A DNA stretch of 63,882 nt, filler included, from Licmophora abbreviata (Eukaryota): assembly GCA_900291995.1 (NCBI GenBank). It is 12 parts of 12 records of this genome, joined end to end, with 100 filler letters (N's around TTAATTAATTAA, not from the genome) between each part and the next. Parts side by side here need not be neighbours in the genome. Positions count along the whole stretch, not along the records: positions 5,138 to 12,485 come from OLMU01000010.1; positions 12,586 to 20,214 come from OLMU01000011.1; positions 20,315 to 27,602 come from OLMU01000013.1; 9 more parts are not named here. The stretch is one strand, 5' to 3'. The translations under genes and the position numbers were made by a program. Below the pieces are notes generated by a model. The model saw nothing but the letters and a program-made list of their open reading frames with translations, did not search any database and was not told the DNA's origin. Of the stretch, positions 11,401-22,408 are shown piece after piece; the first letter of the stretch is position 1, and the number at the start of each line of letters is the position of its first letter.

Positions 11401-13000
11401 TTGCTCGACGGTACTCAACTGAACTCGACAATGAACGAGCCATCAGCGTGTTGGAAGATGCTCTAGCCCAGACGACAAATCAACCGGATTCCTTGGAGCG
11501 TGCGTCTATTCTATTTGACATGGCCAATTGCTACTTCGCCCGACAGATGTTCGACAAGGCACTTGCAGCGACAGCTGAGTCGCTCGATATCAGAACACGC
11601 ACAGTGGGAGAGGCGGAAGTTACTCTACGGACGGCCGAATTTATGGCGGACGTTCACTCCCGTGCAGGAGACAACGATAAAGCAATCGAGTGTTACAACG
11701 AGGTGATCAAGCTTGTGGAGAGTGTATACGGTGAGGGCAATCAACGTTTGGCAAAAGTGCTCTTCTCGCTTGGCGAAGTCAAGATTAAGAACGCCAACGT
11801 TGACGAGGGCATAGCACTACTAACCGAGTGTCTGGAGATACGACGGAAGCACTTGGGCCCCAACAACGCAGACTTGGCTGGCGTTCTGGAACGACTTGGC
11901 GATGTACATATCGAGAGTGGCTCAGTCGACAAGGCATACAAATTCCATTCCGAGTGTCTCAAGGTGCGGCAAGCCAGCCTTGACCCAGAAGACCCCGTAT
12001 TGGCCACCTCACTCCACCGAATGGGAGCTATCACAAGGAAGCGAGGCGATTGCGAACGCGGCCTTCACTTCTTGCTGAATGCATTGAAAATTCGAACGGT
12101 AATGGAAGACCAGCAGCTTGCGTGTGGTACTCTACTCGAAATCGGACATGTACATCGGCAGTCGGGAGATTCTGAGAGTGCAGCCGGTTGCTATAAGAAG
12201 TGCCTTGAGATTCTAGTCGCCAACCTTCAGTACCAGAGCGAGAGCGGAGGCGACGTGTACCTCTCGCTCGGTCATGCCAACAAGAACCTCGGGAACACAG
12301 AAGAAGCACTGCAGAACTACGAAAAGGCCCTTGCGATTCGCACCGATATATTTGGCTCGGACGACATTCTGACCGGTGCCGTGTATCGCAGTCTGGGAAT
12401 CCTTGAATACCAAACAGAGCGATACGACTCTGCCAAGACCCATCTCTTGGAGTTCATGCGTATTCAAAATGCCAAGAAGGCCAAANNNNNNNNNNNNNNN
12501 NNNNNNNNNNNNNNNNNNNNNNNNNNNNNTTAATTAATTAANNNNNNNNNNNNNNNNNNNNNNNNNNNNNNNNNNNNNNNNNNNNGTTGCTGTTTCTCGG
12601 AGACCTGCACTACCGTAACTTCAAACTGGAAGAAGCCAAGACGTCCTGGTCGTCAGGCCTGCGCACTTTTCAACAAACGAGCATTGCAATGAAGTGTCCC
12701 GATCTTGGACCTCAGCTGGAACGTCGCTTGGCCAAACTGGAAGAGAGAATGATGGCGAAACCCAAAGACCCCGAAGGACGGCCGCGAATGAAACGAGAAG
12801 GGAGTGTCTTTGCGCGACTATCGGCCGATCTCGTGGGACGCCTTTCCGACGAGCAAGTGCCGCCCCGCAAAGCCAATATGAGCACAAGGAGCATTTCCGT
12901 TGGTAAGGGTGGATCAGCGCGATCCCTTCAGGAGCCACAAGAGCTGGAACGAGACCCTGAAGAAGACGAGATCCACAACAGTATATTCTTAGATGGCTAG
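8470..13000 (+). CDS. STAND NTPase (NB-ARC/APAF-1-like) with C-terminal TPR repeats; frameshift near 8770, interrupted by gap 12486-12585
   Basis: Walker A (Q)GLGKTTLA, Walker B LIILDDV, LLVTT, GxP-like CRYHPL, MHD-like IHHDL, then many kinesin-light-chain-like TPRs. ORF 12587-13000 continues a TPR helix. Confidence 0.85.
12486..12585. other. Artificial scaffold spacer
   Basis: 100-nt N/TTAATTAATTAA linker inside the TPR gene. Confidence 0.97.
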
Positions 13001-13063
13001 GATTCTAAATTCACTAGCACTGCAGCAGCAGAAGTATGCCACTCCACGATTTACAATCCGTAG

Positions 13064-13747
13064 CTACCAAAAGAACTTGAAATACAATACCATGGCGACG
13101 AAGCTACTTCCCGCCGCAATGGGTCCATATTGCTGCAATCGTGCTTGCCAAGTCAGTTTCTTTGCGCCCCATTTGAAGTCCTTACTCTTTTGTTGCAACT
13201 CTTGTGACACATTCGCTACATGATCGAGCTTTTCACCTCTGTTCAATATCTCGTCAATGTTGCGCCGCATGATGCTTTGAATCTCCGAAAGGTCCTCATT
13301 CAGTCGGTCATTGCCCCTATTTGCATCGACGTCTTTGGAATTTCGGAATTCTCGCTGTTTGCGTTGAATCAGTGGATCGTAATGAATGAATCGAAAGGGA
13401 CGTTCTGTCGTGTTGACCTGGGTGCGCCAGTCGTTACCAAACTCGTTCACTAGCTCGTTGAGAATGAGATCGGCGACTTCATCGAGGTATAGAAAGGCAG
13501 TTCGTTTGGGATAGGAGGACTCGCACATGGCCAGAAAGCAGAGAGTATCGCGGACCATGTAGTAAAAGACGTTATCGCCCGAGACAATCGACATGCGCGT
13601 GGGAGACCCGTGCGTCAAGCTTCGTAGGACTTCTTTGGCTTCCTGTTGCTGCTGGTTGCCCATGGGAATCCCCGGTGAGGGTGTCATTGTGGCCACGAGA
13701 GGTAGACCATCCGAGACGCGAGCGACCTGGGTCAGTTGAGGAGGCAT
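13064..13747 (-). CDS. SEC22: Longin R-SNARE Sec22
   Basis: ARVSDGLPL, YPKR.AF.YL, RPF.FI.YD..IQ, IM.RNI.E.L.RGEKL, C-terminal TM anchor. Confidence 0.95.
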   Translation of the reverse strand: MPPQLTQVARVSDGLPLVATMTPSPGIPMGNQQQQEAKEVLRSLTHGSPTRMSIVSGDNVFYYMVRDTLCFLAMCESSYPKRTAFLYLDEVADLILNELVNEFGNDWRTQVNTTERPFRFIHYDPLIQRKQREFRNSKDVDANRGNDRLNEDLSEIQSIMRRNIDEILNRGEKLDHVANVSQELQQKSKDFKWGAKKLTWQARLQQYGPIAAGSSFVAMVLYFKFFW

Positions 13748-14175
13748 TTTGATACAGTCGTTTCTTCTGGTATTCGAGGATCTGCAGACTCTCCTGACTA
13801 CTCAATCAAGCGTGGCGAGCAAGTTATGTAAGGAAAAAGAAGTGGAATAGGGGCAGGGGAAGGACTGCACGACATGAACGTGCTGTGTACAGCGGCATGG
13901 TCTTTGTCATGGTGGACGACGACGATCGGCCATACCGGAAGTCGTAACATCCGGGTCTGTCCAGAAATGTGACCTTCGGACGCCTTACAGACTCCTCCAC
14001 GTGTCAATCTCTTCGGCTCCCATTTCCTAACACGCGACACTTTTTTTGGAACAAAACTGCGACACGGCTCATCACTCATCACGCCATCACAATGCCAAAA
14101 CGACGGCTCGCATCAGAGCCTGCTTACCGCTGCTGGATATTCCATTCATTCTCTCTTCACACAGTACTTCTGACA

Positions 14176-15872
14176 ATGAGAAGATTACTGATCATCCATT
14201 GGTGTCTGCTGTGGACATCTACAGCTAATCATGGGTTTTGGAAGAGTCAAAGTAGAAGAGGTCTGCCTTTGCTGGTGTCACGCGGTGGAGCCAGCAGTGG
14301 TGGGTATCCCCGTCCACCTCCCACAAATTACGATGATTTCGATCAACAGCATCAGCAACAACAACAACAACCACCACCTGGGCAGTATGCACCACCCGAT
14401 CTACCCATGTATGAGGACGTGTCAGCTTCCCGACAGTACCCAGAGTACCCGCCCGAAACCATCCCCGCTTCACGACACGTAGACTCATCACTGCCACCAC
14501 CGCCGTCTCTCCCGGGACAAACGCAAGGCTACTATGATGAACCGCTTCCGATGGAAGATGTTACTACGCCCAATGCACTACAGAATCCAGGTTCGTCGCC
14601 AGATACAGGGATGGACTTGTCGGCCTTTGACAAGGAATTTATCTTGAAGGGACTCGCCAAGCTGTATCGAAAGAAAATTCTACCGCTGGAACTGTCGTCG
14701 CGCTATGGGCACTTTCACTCCCCTCCTCTGGCACCAGCAGACTTTGTCGCTCCTCCCATGGTACTTTTGTTAGGACAATATAGGTAAGCGAATAGAGTCG
14801 GGACAGTAGAAATGGGGCACTATCTTCGGGTCGCTAACACTTTCTCCCCCCTCTTGCCCTCGCTTTCCCAAGTGTCGGAAAGACATCGTTCATTCGTTAC
14901 TTACTTGGCAGGGACTTTCCAAACCAGCGTATTGGTCCAGAACCTACGACAGATCGATTCACGGCCGTATTGTGGGGCCCTGACGACAAAGTAATTCCGG
15001 GTGCAGCGCTATGTTCCCAAAGTCATCGGTCCTTTGGAGGCCTCAATCCCTTTGGCAATAACTTTTTGAGCCGTATGGAAGGCAGTGAGCTAGATGCGCC
15101 CATATTGAGAAACATCACGCTCGTCGATACTCCCGGGATTCTGTCGGGACAAAAGCAGCGAAGTCGGAATTATGATTACGAGGGAGTCATGAAGTGGTTT
15201 GCAGAACGCGCTGATTTGATTATCGTCATGTTTGACGCGCACAAGTTGGACATTTCGGATGAGCTCAAGAGTGTCATGGAGTTGATGATACCTCATTTGG
15301 ATAAGATTCGGATTGTGCTGAACAAGGCCGATAGTATATCGACACAGCAGCTCATGCGTGTTTACGGAGCTCTCATGTGGTCGCTGGGTAAAGTCATGAA
15401 CACTCCGGAGGTCTGTCGTGTATACATGGGAAGTTTCTGGGATGCACCGTTGCGGAATTCTGAACAGGCTGAACTGCTACAAAAGGAAGAGATGGACTTG
15501 TGTCAAGACATCATGGCATTGCCGCAGCAGGCTGTCATGCGACGTATCAATGAGCTGGTGAAACGAGCGCGCAGTGTCAAAGTGCATGCGTACATTATTC
15601 ACTTTTTAAGGAAACAGTTGCCATATACGTGGGGCAAGCGGGAAAAACAAAAGCGATTGGTGGGACGACTCGAGTCGGAGTTCCTAGCGGCTGCCCGGCG
15701 ATATGGGTTACCGAAGGGTGATTTTCCTCCCGTTGGGCCGTTCCGACAAGCGCTGTACGAAATCAGAGACTTGAGTGAATTCCCCAAACTGGACAAGAAA
15801 CTTGTTCGGGAGATGGATAAAGTTTTCACGGTGGAGATTCCTGAACTACTGGAGCGGGCACGTCATCACTAA
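14176..15872 (+). CDS. EHD/sarcalumenin-like dynamin-family NTPase with signal peptide and no EH domain (intron 14784-14872)
   Basis: Splicing gives LLLGQYSVGKTSFI; also IGPEPTTDRF, VDTPGILSG, FDAHKLDISDE, VLNKAD, LMRVYGALMWSLGKV..TPEV.RVY.GSFW. N-terminus MRRLLIIHWCLLWTSTA followed by ...SRGGA. Confidence 0.9.
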
Positions 15873-15996
15873 GTTAATTTCGAACTGGTTGCTACGTGAC
15901 TATTGTATTGCACACTCTAGGAGATACTCCTTGCGGTCCACATTGGACTCGTGCTTCAAAGTCGCAGTAAACTAGTTGTTACTATTGCTTCACAGC

Positions 15997-16462
15997 TTAC
16001 TCTGGCTTCGTTGCAGGAGAGGCAGGTGCATCGGAAATATCGTACTCAGCCGGCTTGGTCATTGTGTGCACTGCGTACACGATCGGTTTACGGTGTATGT
16101 CCGAGAGACGTGACTTTTTCGGTCGCTTGTCAGCGGCCCACTTGGCAGCCTTCTTCTGCACGTGTTTGGCAAAAATAGCCGTGCTAGATAGGGGAGTGAG
16201 GACGAGTTATTTGGGAAGGTTAGAGGAAGTTGATGGACTGATGCGAGTAACTCGAGCACGAGGTCTCGAGCTACGACACGAGTACGCACTTCTACCATCT
16301 TCCGCAACCGTGCAACACGATGGTGCGATCTGCCCCTCTTCTTGACATCAGTTCACATTCGACTTACCTTCTTTGTCCAGTACGGGACCCAGTGGGCTGT
16401 GGGGCAAAGGCCGAGGCCGAAATCAAAAGTACTGCGACCAAAAAGAGGAGCGACTTCATCAT
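15997..16462 (-). CDS. Plastid-targeted small basic protein, PSRP6/cL38-like (exons 16462-16368, 16183-15997; 93 aa); not in the ORF track
   Basis: Spliced product MMKSLLFLVAVLLISASAFAPQPTGSRTGQRSTAIFAKHVQKKAAKWAADKRPKKSRLSDIHRKPIVYAVHTMTKPAEYDISDAPASPATKPE. Perfect ASAFAP, GTAAG...TAG intron, and RPKK...DI.RKP.VY resembling plant PSRP6. Confidence 0.8.
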
Positions 16463-16709
16463 GGTGATGGACTTGTTGCTGACTGCGAGCATTCTGTGAA
16501 AAAGTGATGGCTGGACGTCGGGCGTACATTTCCACTCGGTTTCAGTACGGGGAGTATCCGGTCAGACATACAGACTGACGTCTCAGGTCCATTCAAAAAC
16601 CTGCCGTACATTTGCTACTACTATCTACGTAGATCACACTTCGCACACGTCCCCCTCACTTTCGTCACAATTTTCTGTGGGTTGGCGACAAGAATCACTC
16701 GTCGTTACC

Positions 16710-18019
16710 ATGCGTTTTTCTGCCGCTGCTGCCGCTGCTCTTTCCGCCAGTGGTGTTGTACTGCTCTGCAGTGAGGTTTCAGGTATGCACGTGTAGAAGA
16801 TGGGATTTGCTTCGTTCAGAAATGGCTTTCGTCTCGCAGGTCCCGCCCATCACTTCTCTGTTCTGTACGAGTTCTCACCTTTCTACATTTGTCAAATTCC
16901 TCATTCCATAGCCTTTTCTGTCAGCCGCCATGCTTTTGTGAGCCGGACCGCCGCTGTTCAGAGCACCGCAGCGGCCCATCAGGTAAGCTTTGCTAATAGA
17001 GCAAGGGGAGCTAACTCTGTGTGTTCCCCGATCTTGCGGCTCAACCTGCCAATTTTGTACTGGTACAGCCCTTTTGCCCGTGCGGGCCATGTGCCCTAAG
17101 TGGCACACGTCTCTTTGCGGACACGACGGCGGAAACAGAAGAAGCTGCAGCTGAGACTCCTACTGAGGCCTCTGCCGAGATTCCTGCCGAGGTCGAAGCC
17201 ATGGATGGAATCGCGTCGGCCGACGAGGCCCACAACGCCGAGCGCCCTGCTCGCGAGGCCATCAAGAAGAAGCGTACGCCCAAGGGGAAACCCCTTTCGG
17301 ACTTCTCGGAGGGAGATTCAGTCAAGGGAAAGGTCAAGACCATTACCAGCTATGGGGCGTTTATGGACATTGGGGCCCAGACCGATGCCATGGTTCACAT
17401 CTCGCGTGTCGCCTCGGGCTTTGTCAAGGACGTGAATGAGGTCTTGAAGATCGGAGAAGAAGTTGATGCTCGTATCATCTCGATCGACAGTGGCAAGAAC
17501 CAGATTGCACTCAGTCTCATGACTAAGGAGGAAGAAGCGGACGCGGCGCAGTCTCGACCGAAAAGGCAGGAACGCCGTGGTGGGCCGCAGCGTCGTGACG
17601 ACAGTGCTGTCCTAAATGCTCTGCAGGAGAAGGGATGGGAGACGGACAAGTTCGTAGAGGGAGAAGTCGTTAGTACGGTTGACTTTGGCGCCTTTGTTCG
17701 AGTGGATGCCAGCAAGTTGAACGCTGAAGTTGAGGGAGAAATGGACGGTCTAGTTCACATTTCATCGCTTTCGGTCGGCCGCGCCGACTCTGTGACCGCG
17801 TTTGCCAATGTCGGTGATAAGGTCCAGGTTCGTTGTAAGGGAATTCAGGGAGGCAAAATCTCGCTTTCCATGATTGCAGAAGCTGATGAGCAGAAGCCAC
17901 GAGGTTCCCGGCAGCCAATCGTCGAAGGAGCCAAGGACTGGAAAGAGCAATTGGAGAAGGCCCGATCGACAATGCCAGAGTTCAACAATGGTCCCCTCGT
18001 TGTTGACATGCGCGACTAA
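16710..18019 (+). CDS. Plastid-targeted protein with two S1 domains (PSRP7/PETs N-terminal-like or plastid S1-like); introns 16783-16911 and 16983-17068
   Basis: Spliced presequence MRFSAAAAAALSASGVVLLCSEVSA-FSVSRH. S1 motifs GKVKTITSYGAFMDIG...MVHIS and GEVVSTVDFGAFV...DGLVHIS. Confidence 0.85.
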
Positions 18020-18102
18020 ACTTGACGAAGCAAATCTAATCTGAATAGATTTCATGTCACATAGTGTTCAGAAGTGCAACCTGTTTTACATACGACAACT
18101 AT

Positions 18103-20140
18103 TTAGCCCCACCAGATCTGAAGCACCGCGCGAATTCCGGCTCTCGTCGGCATGCGACAGCGGCGGTTCTCCAACCCTCCTGTGGACACCACCACTCGAC
18201 CACGAGTCCCATCGATAGTGATTCCCCGTCGCACCTTGCGACGTCGATTTGAATTCGAGGGATGATCGTCTACGTACAATGCGACACCTCCGAAATACTC
18301 GCGACCTCCCCCATCTGATAGAAACACGGACGTGTGAACAGCAAACGCTGGGTCAGCCTCAAGATCAGCCATTAAATTGCAGGTGTCGCGTGCAGGCTGT
18401 CTATTGAAAGGGGGAGGTAGCGAGTAGGCAGCACGGTCGTTTTGTCGGGCCGAGGCCTCTATCCACTCAACGTATTTCTTCAAGTACGACAACATGAGGA
18501 GTCAGATCGATTTTGAGAAGTCAGATCGATTTTAAATAGTCTGCAGTACCATACAAACACATACACGCCACACTTACCGTTTCATTGATATTGCGGTACA
18601 AGAGATTGTCAGCATTGATTCCAGCCATTGGATCCATTGGAAGGGCGATGCTTACACGGAAGGCGACCGGACTCAATTCCTTTTGGTCCATGTGGTATAC
18701 TTCGCGCAGCAAGTTTCGTATTTTTGTCAAGACCTTCGGTATCCTTTTGGAAAGGAGAGGTATATTAAAATGGACATCAAAGTGGTCTCCCCCCTGTTCG
18801 ATCAAAAGTGCACCCAATCGAAGTGAGTCGTCGATTTCTTTCGACGAAACGAGTCCATCGTGGATCCCCCGAAAGCAGGACCGAGCGCACGTATCCCTTT
18901 CGTCCCTGATGCCAGGAAAGCAAGGCGAAACTGGCGCGGTGCTGTCAGGCGTGTGGCACTTGAGGAACCAGCTGACGTCTACTCCATCCGTGTAGGAAGT
19001 CAGCGCTTTCTTAACGCCCCCGCTGGTCCATGTCTCCTCCTCCTCGTTTTCGTTCATGCGTGCAATAACGTGCATGGCCGGTACATGCAACACGCCGTCA
19101 GCACAATCCATCACGGAAGAGCGTCGAAAGATCTAGACGCATCAAAAGAGAACGATGCACCAAAGATTTCACAATGAGTCACACGATGCGCTTCTCCCTC
19201 ATACAACACGCACACCATAGCGTACCCGATCGGTCCATGCCATGGTACTCTGTCGATGTAGCCCATTGCAGTGTAGTGCATGCGTCTGGAATTCACGAAC
19301 ATGCAATAGATCCCATAGCATATTATCAAAGATAGGGCGGCGATGTTCCACCGATTGCAGTAAGGGCAATGTCTGCAGCAGTATGCAAACAAAGGCAGTT
19401 ACAACAGCCAGGACAGCAAAACAGATTCTCCGAAACGTCAAGTTAGCCGCAGTTTGTTCTGTAATGAGAGAAGCACAAGAGAAAGAGTCGTAGTGAGCCA
19501 CAACAGTCACATGAAAAGGGGATAGAACTGAGTATGATCCACTCATACCTCGGGGACGAATTCGAATTAGCTCAAACTCGTCTTCGGGTACCCCCTGTTC
19601 TCGGTACCGCCGAACCGCCCGCGCGACCTCTTCCGCTGCTTCTCGTTCCTCGCGTTCTAACCATTGTCGTTCTTGTTCCTCGTTATCAAGCTGACGGTGC
19701 TGGTTATTGTCTGGATTGATATTGTTTGCTCGCGGTGCAGCTGGTGGGGGTATAGGGGGGAGGCCACGAGGTTCGGGACGTCGTGCTGGTATCAATCGCA
19801 TAAACTCGTCGTCCATTTCCGAAGCCCCACTTTCTATCCCTGCCGCCCATTCTCTAATTTGGTTTCGTCGCTCGTTGTAGGCTTCGAGTTCTTCTGATGG
19901 AGGTTCCAGAACGTCCGAAATGCATCCTGATGGTTCGTCCACCGAACGACCCTCCAAAAACGCAATCACGTCCTCATCCGTCAAGTTTATTCGATCTAGC
20001 AGAGCCAATGCGGCATCCGCCGATACAGATGGAGGTCGAAAGAGACTCGCTGACCGATGTGAGTTTGACGTGTCATGCGGCCTTTTGCGACGACGACGAC
20101 GACGCAGGTTTGTTCCATCCATCATTCCGGTTGATGTCAT
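18103..20140 (-). CDS. Membrane protein with an OGFOD3/P4H-like 2OG-oxygenase fold lacking metal ligands (exons 20140-19549, 19458-19226, 19132-18578, 18477-18103; ~584 aa)
   Basis: Three GT-AG introns join ORFs 19199-20140, 18521-19114 and 18103-18495 in frame. TM FAVLAVVTAFVCILL; TSVFLSD...Y.GG..LYVD...GRVVVSTGGLEN...G.RAVL. Confidence 0.7.
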
Positions 20141-20214
20141 ACTATCATTCAGATTTCTTTCCCTTTTTGTCGTCTCCGAAGCGTTCTTCTGGATTTTTCC
20201 ATGCTTTGAGATCT

Positions 20215-20314
20215 NNNNNNNNNNNNNNNNNNNNNNNNNNNNNNNNNNNNNNNNNNNNTTAATTAATTAANNNNNNNNNNNNNNNNNNNNNNNNNNNNNN
20301 NNNNNNNNNNNNNN
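20215..20314. other. Artificial scaffold spacer
   Basis: 100-nt N/TTAATTAATTAA linker. Confidence 0.97.
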
Positions 20315-22245
20315 GCGCTGCTCGTCGTATCAGTGGTCCGGCTGCTGCTGGGGCGGCACCGGCCATGATGAGTGGCGACCGCCGTACCAGCATGGGCATG
20401 GGCGGGCCTGCCTTTCGTCCTCCTTTCGACCCTGCGATGCATGACCTCATGGCTACTCGTCGCGCCAGTATGGCTTCTGCTGGAGGCATGGAGTACATGA
20501 GTGGACGACCGGAATCTCTAGAGACAACCGCCATCCTGGATGCTTGCATTCAAGATCTGACTCGTCGCCGTCTCTCCATGGCTATGAATACGCCCAGCCG
20601 CGATGCGCCTGCTCCTGGGGGAAGTGGAATGGGTCCACTGCCCAACAGTCCCACCTCAGCCGCAGCGTTGGCAACTCGTCAGAATCAGCTGCGGCAACAG
20701 CAGCTCGAAATTGAGCAACGTCAAAAGGAACTTGACATTCAGCGACAGCAGCTCCTCGCCGGCATGCAGGAGACGCATCGTATGACGCAAGGTGCGCCAC
20801 AACCCTCTCGCCCCAGTCTCGCACCAAGCCCCGGCAAAGGCCAGTGGTGGGTGTGCCAGGTGTGCAACAACAAGGCGTTTGCTTCTCACGACGAGGCGGT
20901 GGAGCACGAGCGGACGTGCCAAGGAGCCAATGGGCCAACGCGCTTTCCACCTATGCCCCTTTCCATGGGCTCTCCTCCTCTCATGAGAGCAGGTCCTCCT
21001 CCTTCCATGCGTGCTACAATGGCGGATACTGCGCTCTACAATGAAGCCAACTACGCCACTACCCATGAACCAGTTTCGCTGTCCATGTCCACAGACAAGG
21101 AGTGGTTGACGCCCCTCCATTGCTTTGTCCGCGAGCACTGCGTCGAGGTGTTTTGTGCTTCCACAGCAGACGTTGCTACCCCATCCAAGGGTAAGCGCAA
21201 GCCAATTCACGTTGGGCAGGTTGGCATTCGTTGCCCACATTGCCACTCGGAGGACGAAGACGGTCAGAGGGAACGAGGCAGTGTCTACTATCCCACTACC
21301 ATTTCGTCCATCTACAACGCTACAATGAACTTGTTGCAGCGCCATTTGAGTTCATGCAATGCGGTGCCCACGGAGATAATGAAGCAGTACCAGTCCCTCA
21401 AGTCAGAAGACGCTCGAAGCGGAACTTCGAAAAAGTACTGGATTGAGAGTGCTCTCAGTTTGGGACTCGTCGACACACCCGGCGGTATTCGCTTCCTTGC
21501 AAACCACGCGCCGCCATCGCGGGCTGTGGCAGCACTGGGCGGTGCCTCCGACACAGCCGATAAAGCGACAGCTGTCTCCGCTCCTCCTGCCCAGCCAGCA
21601 CCCATCCTGAAGGAGCTTACCCAAGGGCCGCCATTGGTTGTCATGGACGACAAACCTTTTGCTACCGCCTTCTCGTATGCCCTGCTTGGCCAGATGCAAC
21701 GCTGCTTCTTTACTGAAGCAGATCGTCTCGGTAAACGTAAGGGTTTGCCTATTGGCTTTGCCGGTTTGGCATGTCGCCATTGCTTTGGTGGGTATGGCTC
21801 GGGGCGCTTCTTCCCATCCAGCATCAAGACCTTGTCGGACACCTCCAAAACGCTGAACGTGTTGCATAATCACATGCAACGTTGCCGCAAGTGTCCACAG
21901 GACATTAAAGAAAATCTGGACAAACTCCGCGACCACCACGACGACGAACGCGCACAGATGAAGTTCGGCAGCCAGAAGGCTTTCTTTGCTCGTATCTGGA
22001 ATCGTCTTCACGAAGGATCGATGCTTGCGAACCAAGCGGGCGTGAAGCGCAAGGCGCCACCAATGCCCTACATGGGCATCCCCTACCCACCTATGCCTCC
22101 ACCGCCAATGATTATGGCTCCCATGAACCCCATGCTTGGTGCCGGTGCTCGTGGCATGGGAGGACTCGACGTTCTGTCCATGCAAGCTGCAGCTAGCGCC
22201 AGCGAGGATTCGAACCGGGCGAAGCGTCGCAAGACCGAAAAGTAG
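20315..22245 (+). CDS. Diatom-type putative zinc-finger nuclear protein (C2HC-like finger plus two CxxC...H...C repeats); 5' end possibly in the gap
   Basis: WVCQVC...F....EA.EHE..C; GQVGIRCPHC...YYP...HLSSC; GFAGLACRHC...FFP...HMQRC; Q-rich coiled coil; C-terminal NLS AKRRK. Confidence 0.8.
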
Positions 22246-22408
22246 TCGTCGGGGCCGACTACCAGTACGACGAGTTTATCGTACCACAGACCTACTCGCT
22301 GTATTACGTTATGACTCTTGGATTTGGGAACCACTGTGGAAACTCAGCATACGCACTCATTAAATCTTTCACACTGTCTATCTTAAAGAATCAGTTTTGC
22401 ATGGAACT

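Noticed and set aside
14344..14370. CAA/CAG microsatellite
   Set aside because: Ordinary poly-Gln in the linker of the EHD-like protein.
18500..18533. Tandem duplication of AGTCAGATCGATTTT
   Set aside because: It lies inside an intron and duplicates a branch-point-like CTGAC; most likely a trivial local duplication.
20656..22185. Long antisense ORFs (229 and 260 aa here; similar ones at 9196-9912, 38503-39117 and 55319-55978)
   Set aside because: Shadows of real genes on the opposite strand, with no recognisable motifs.
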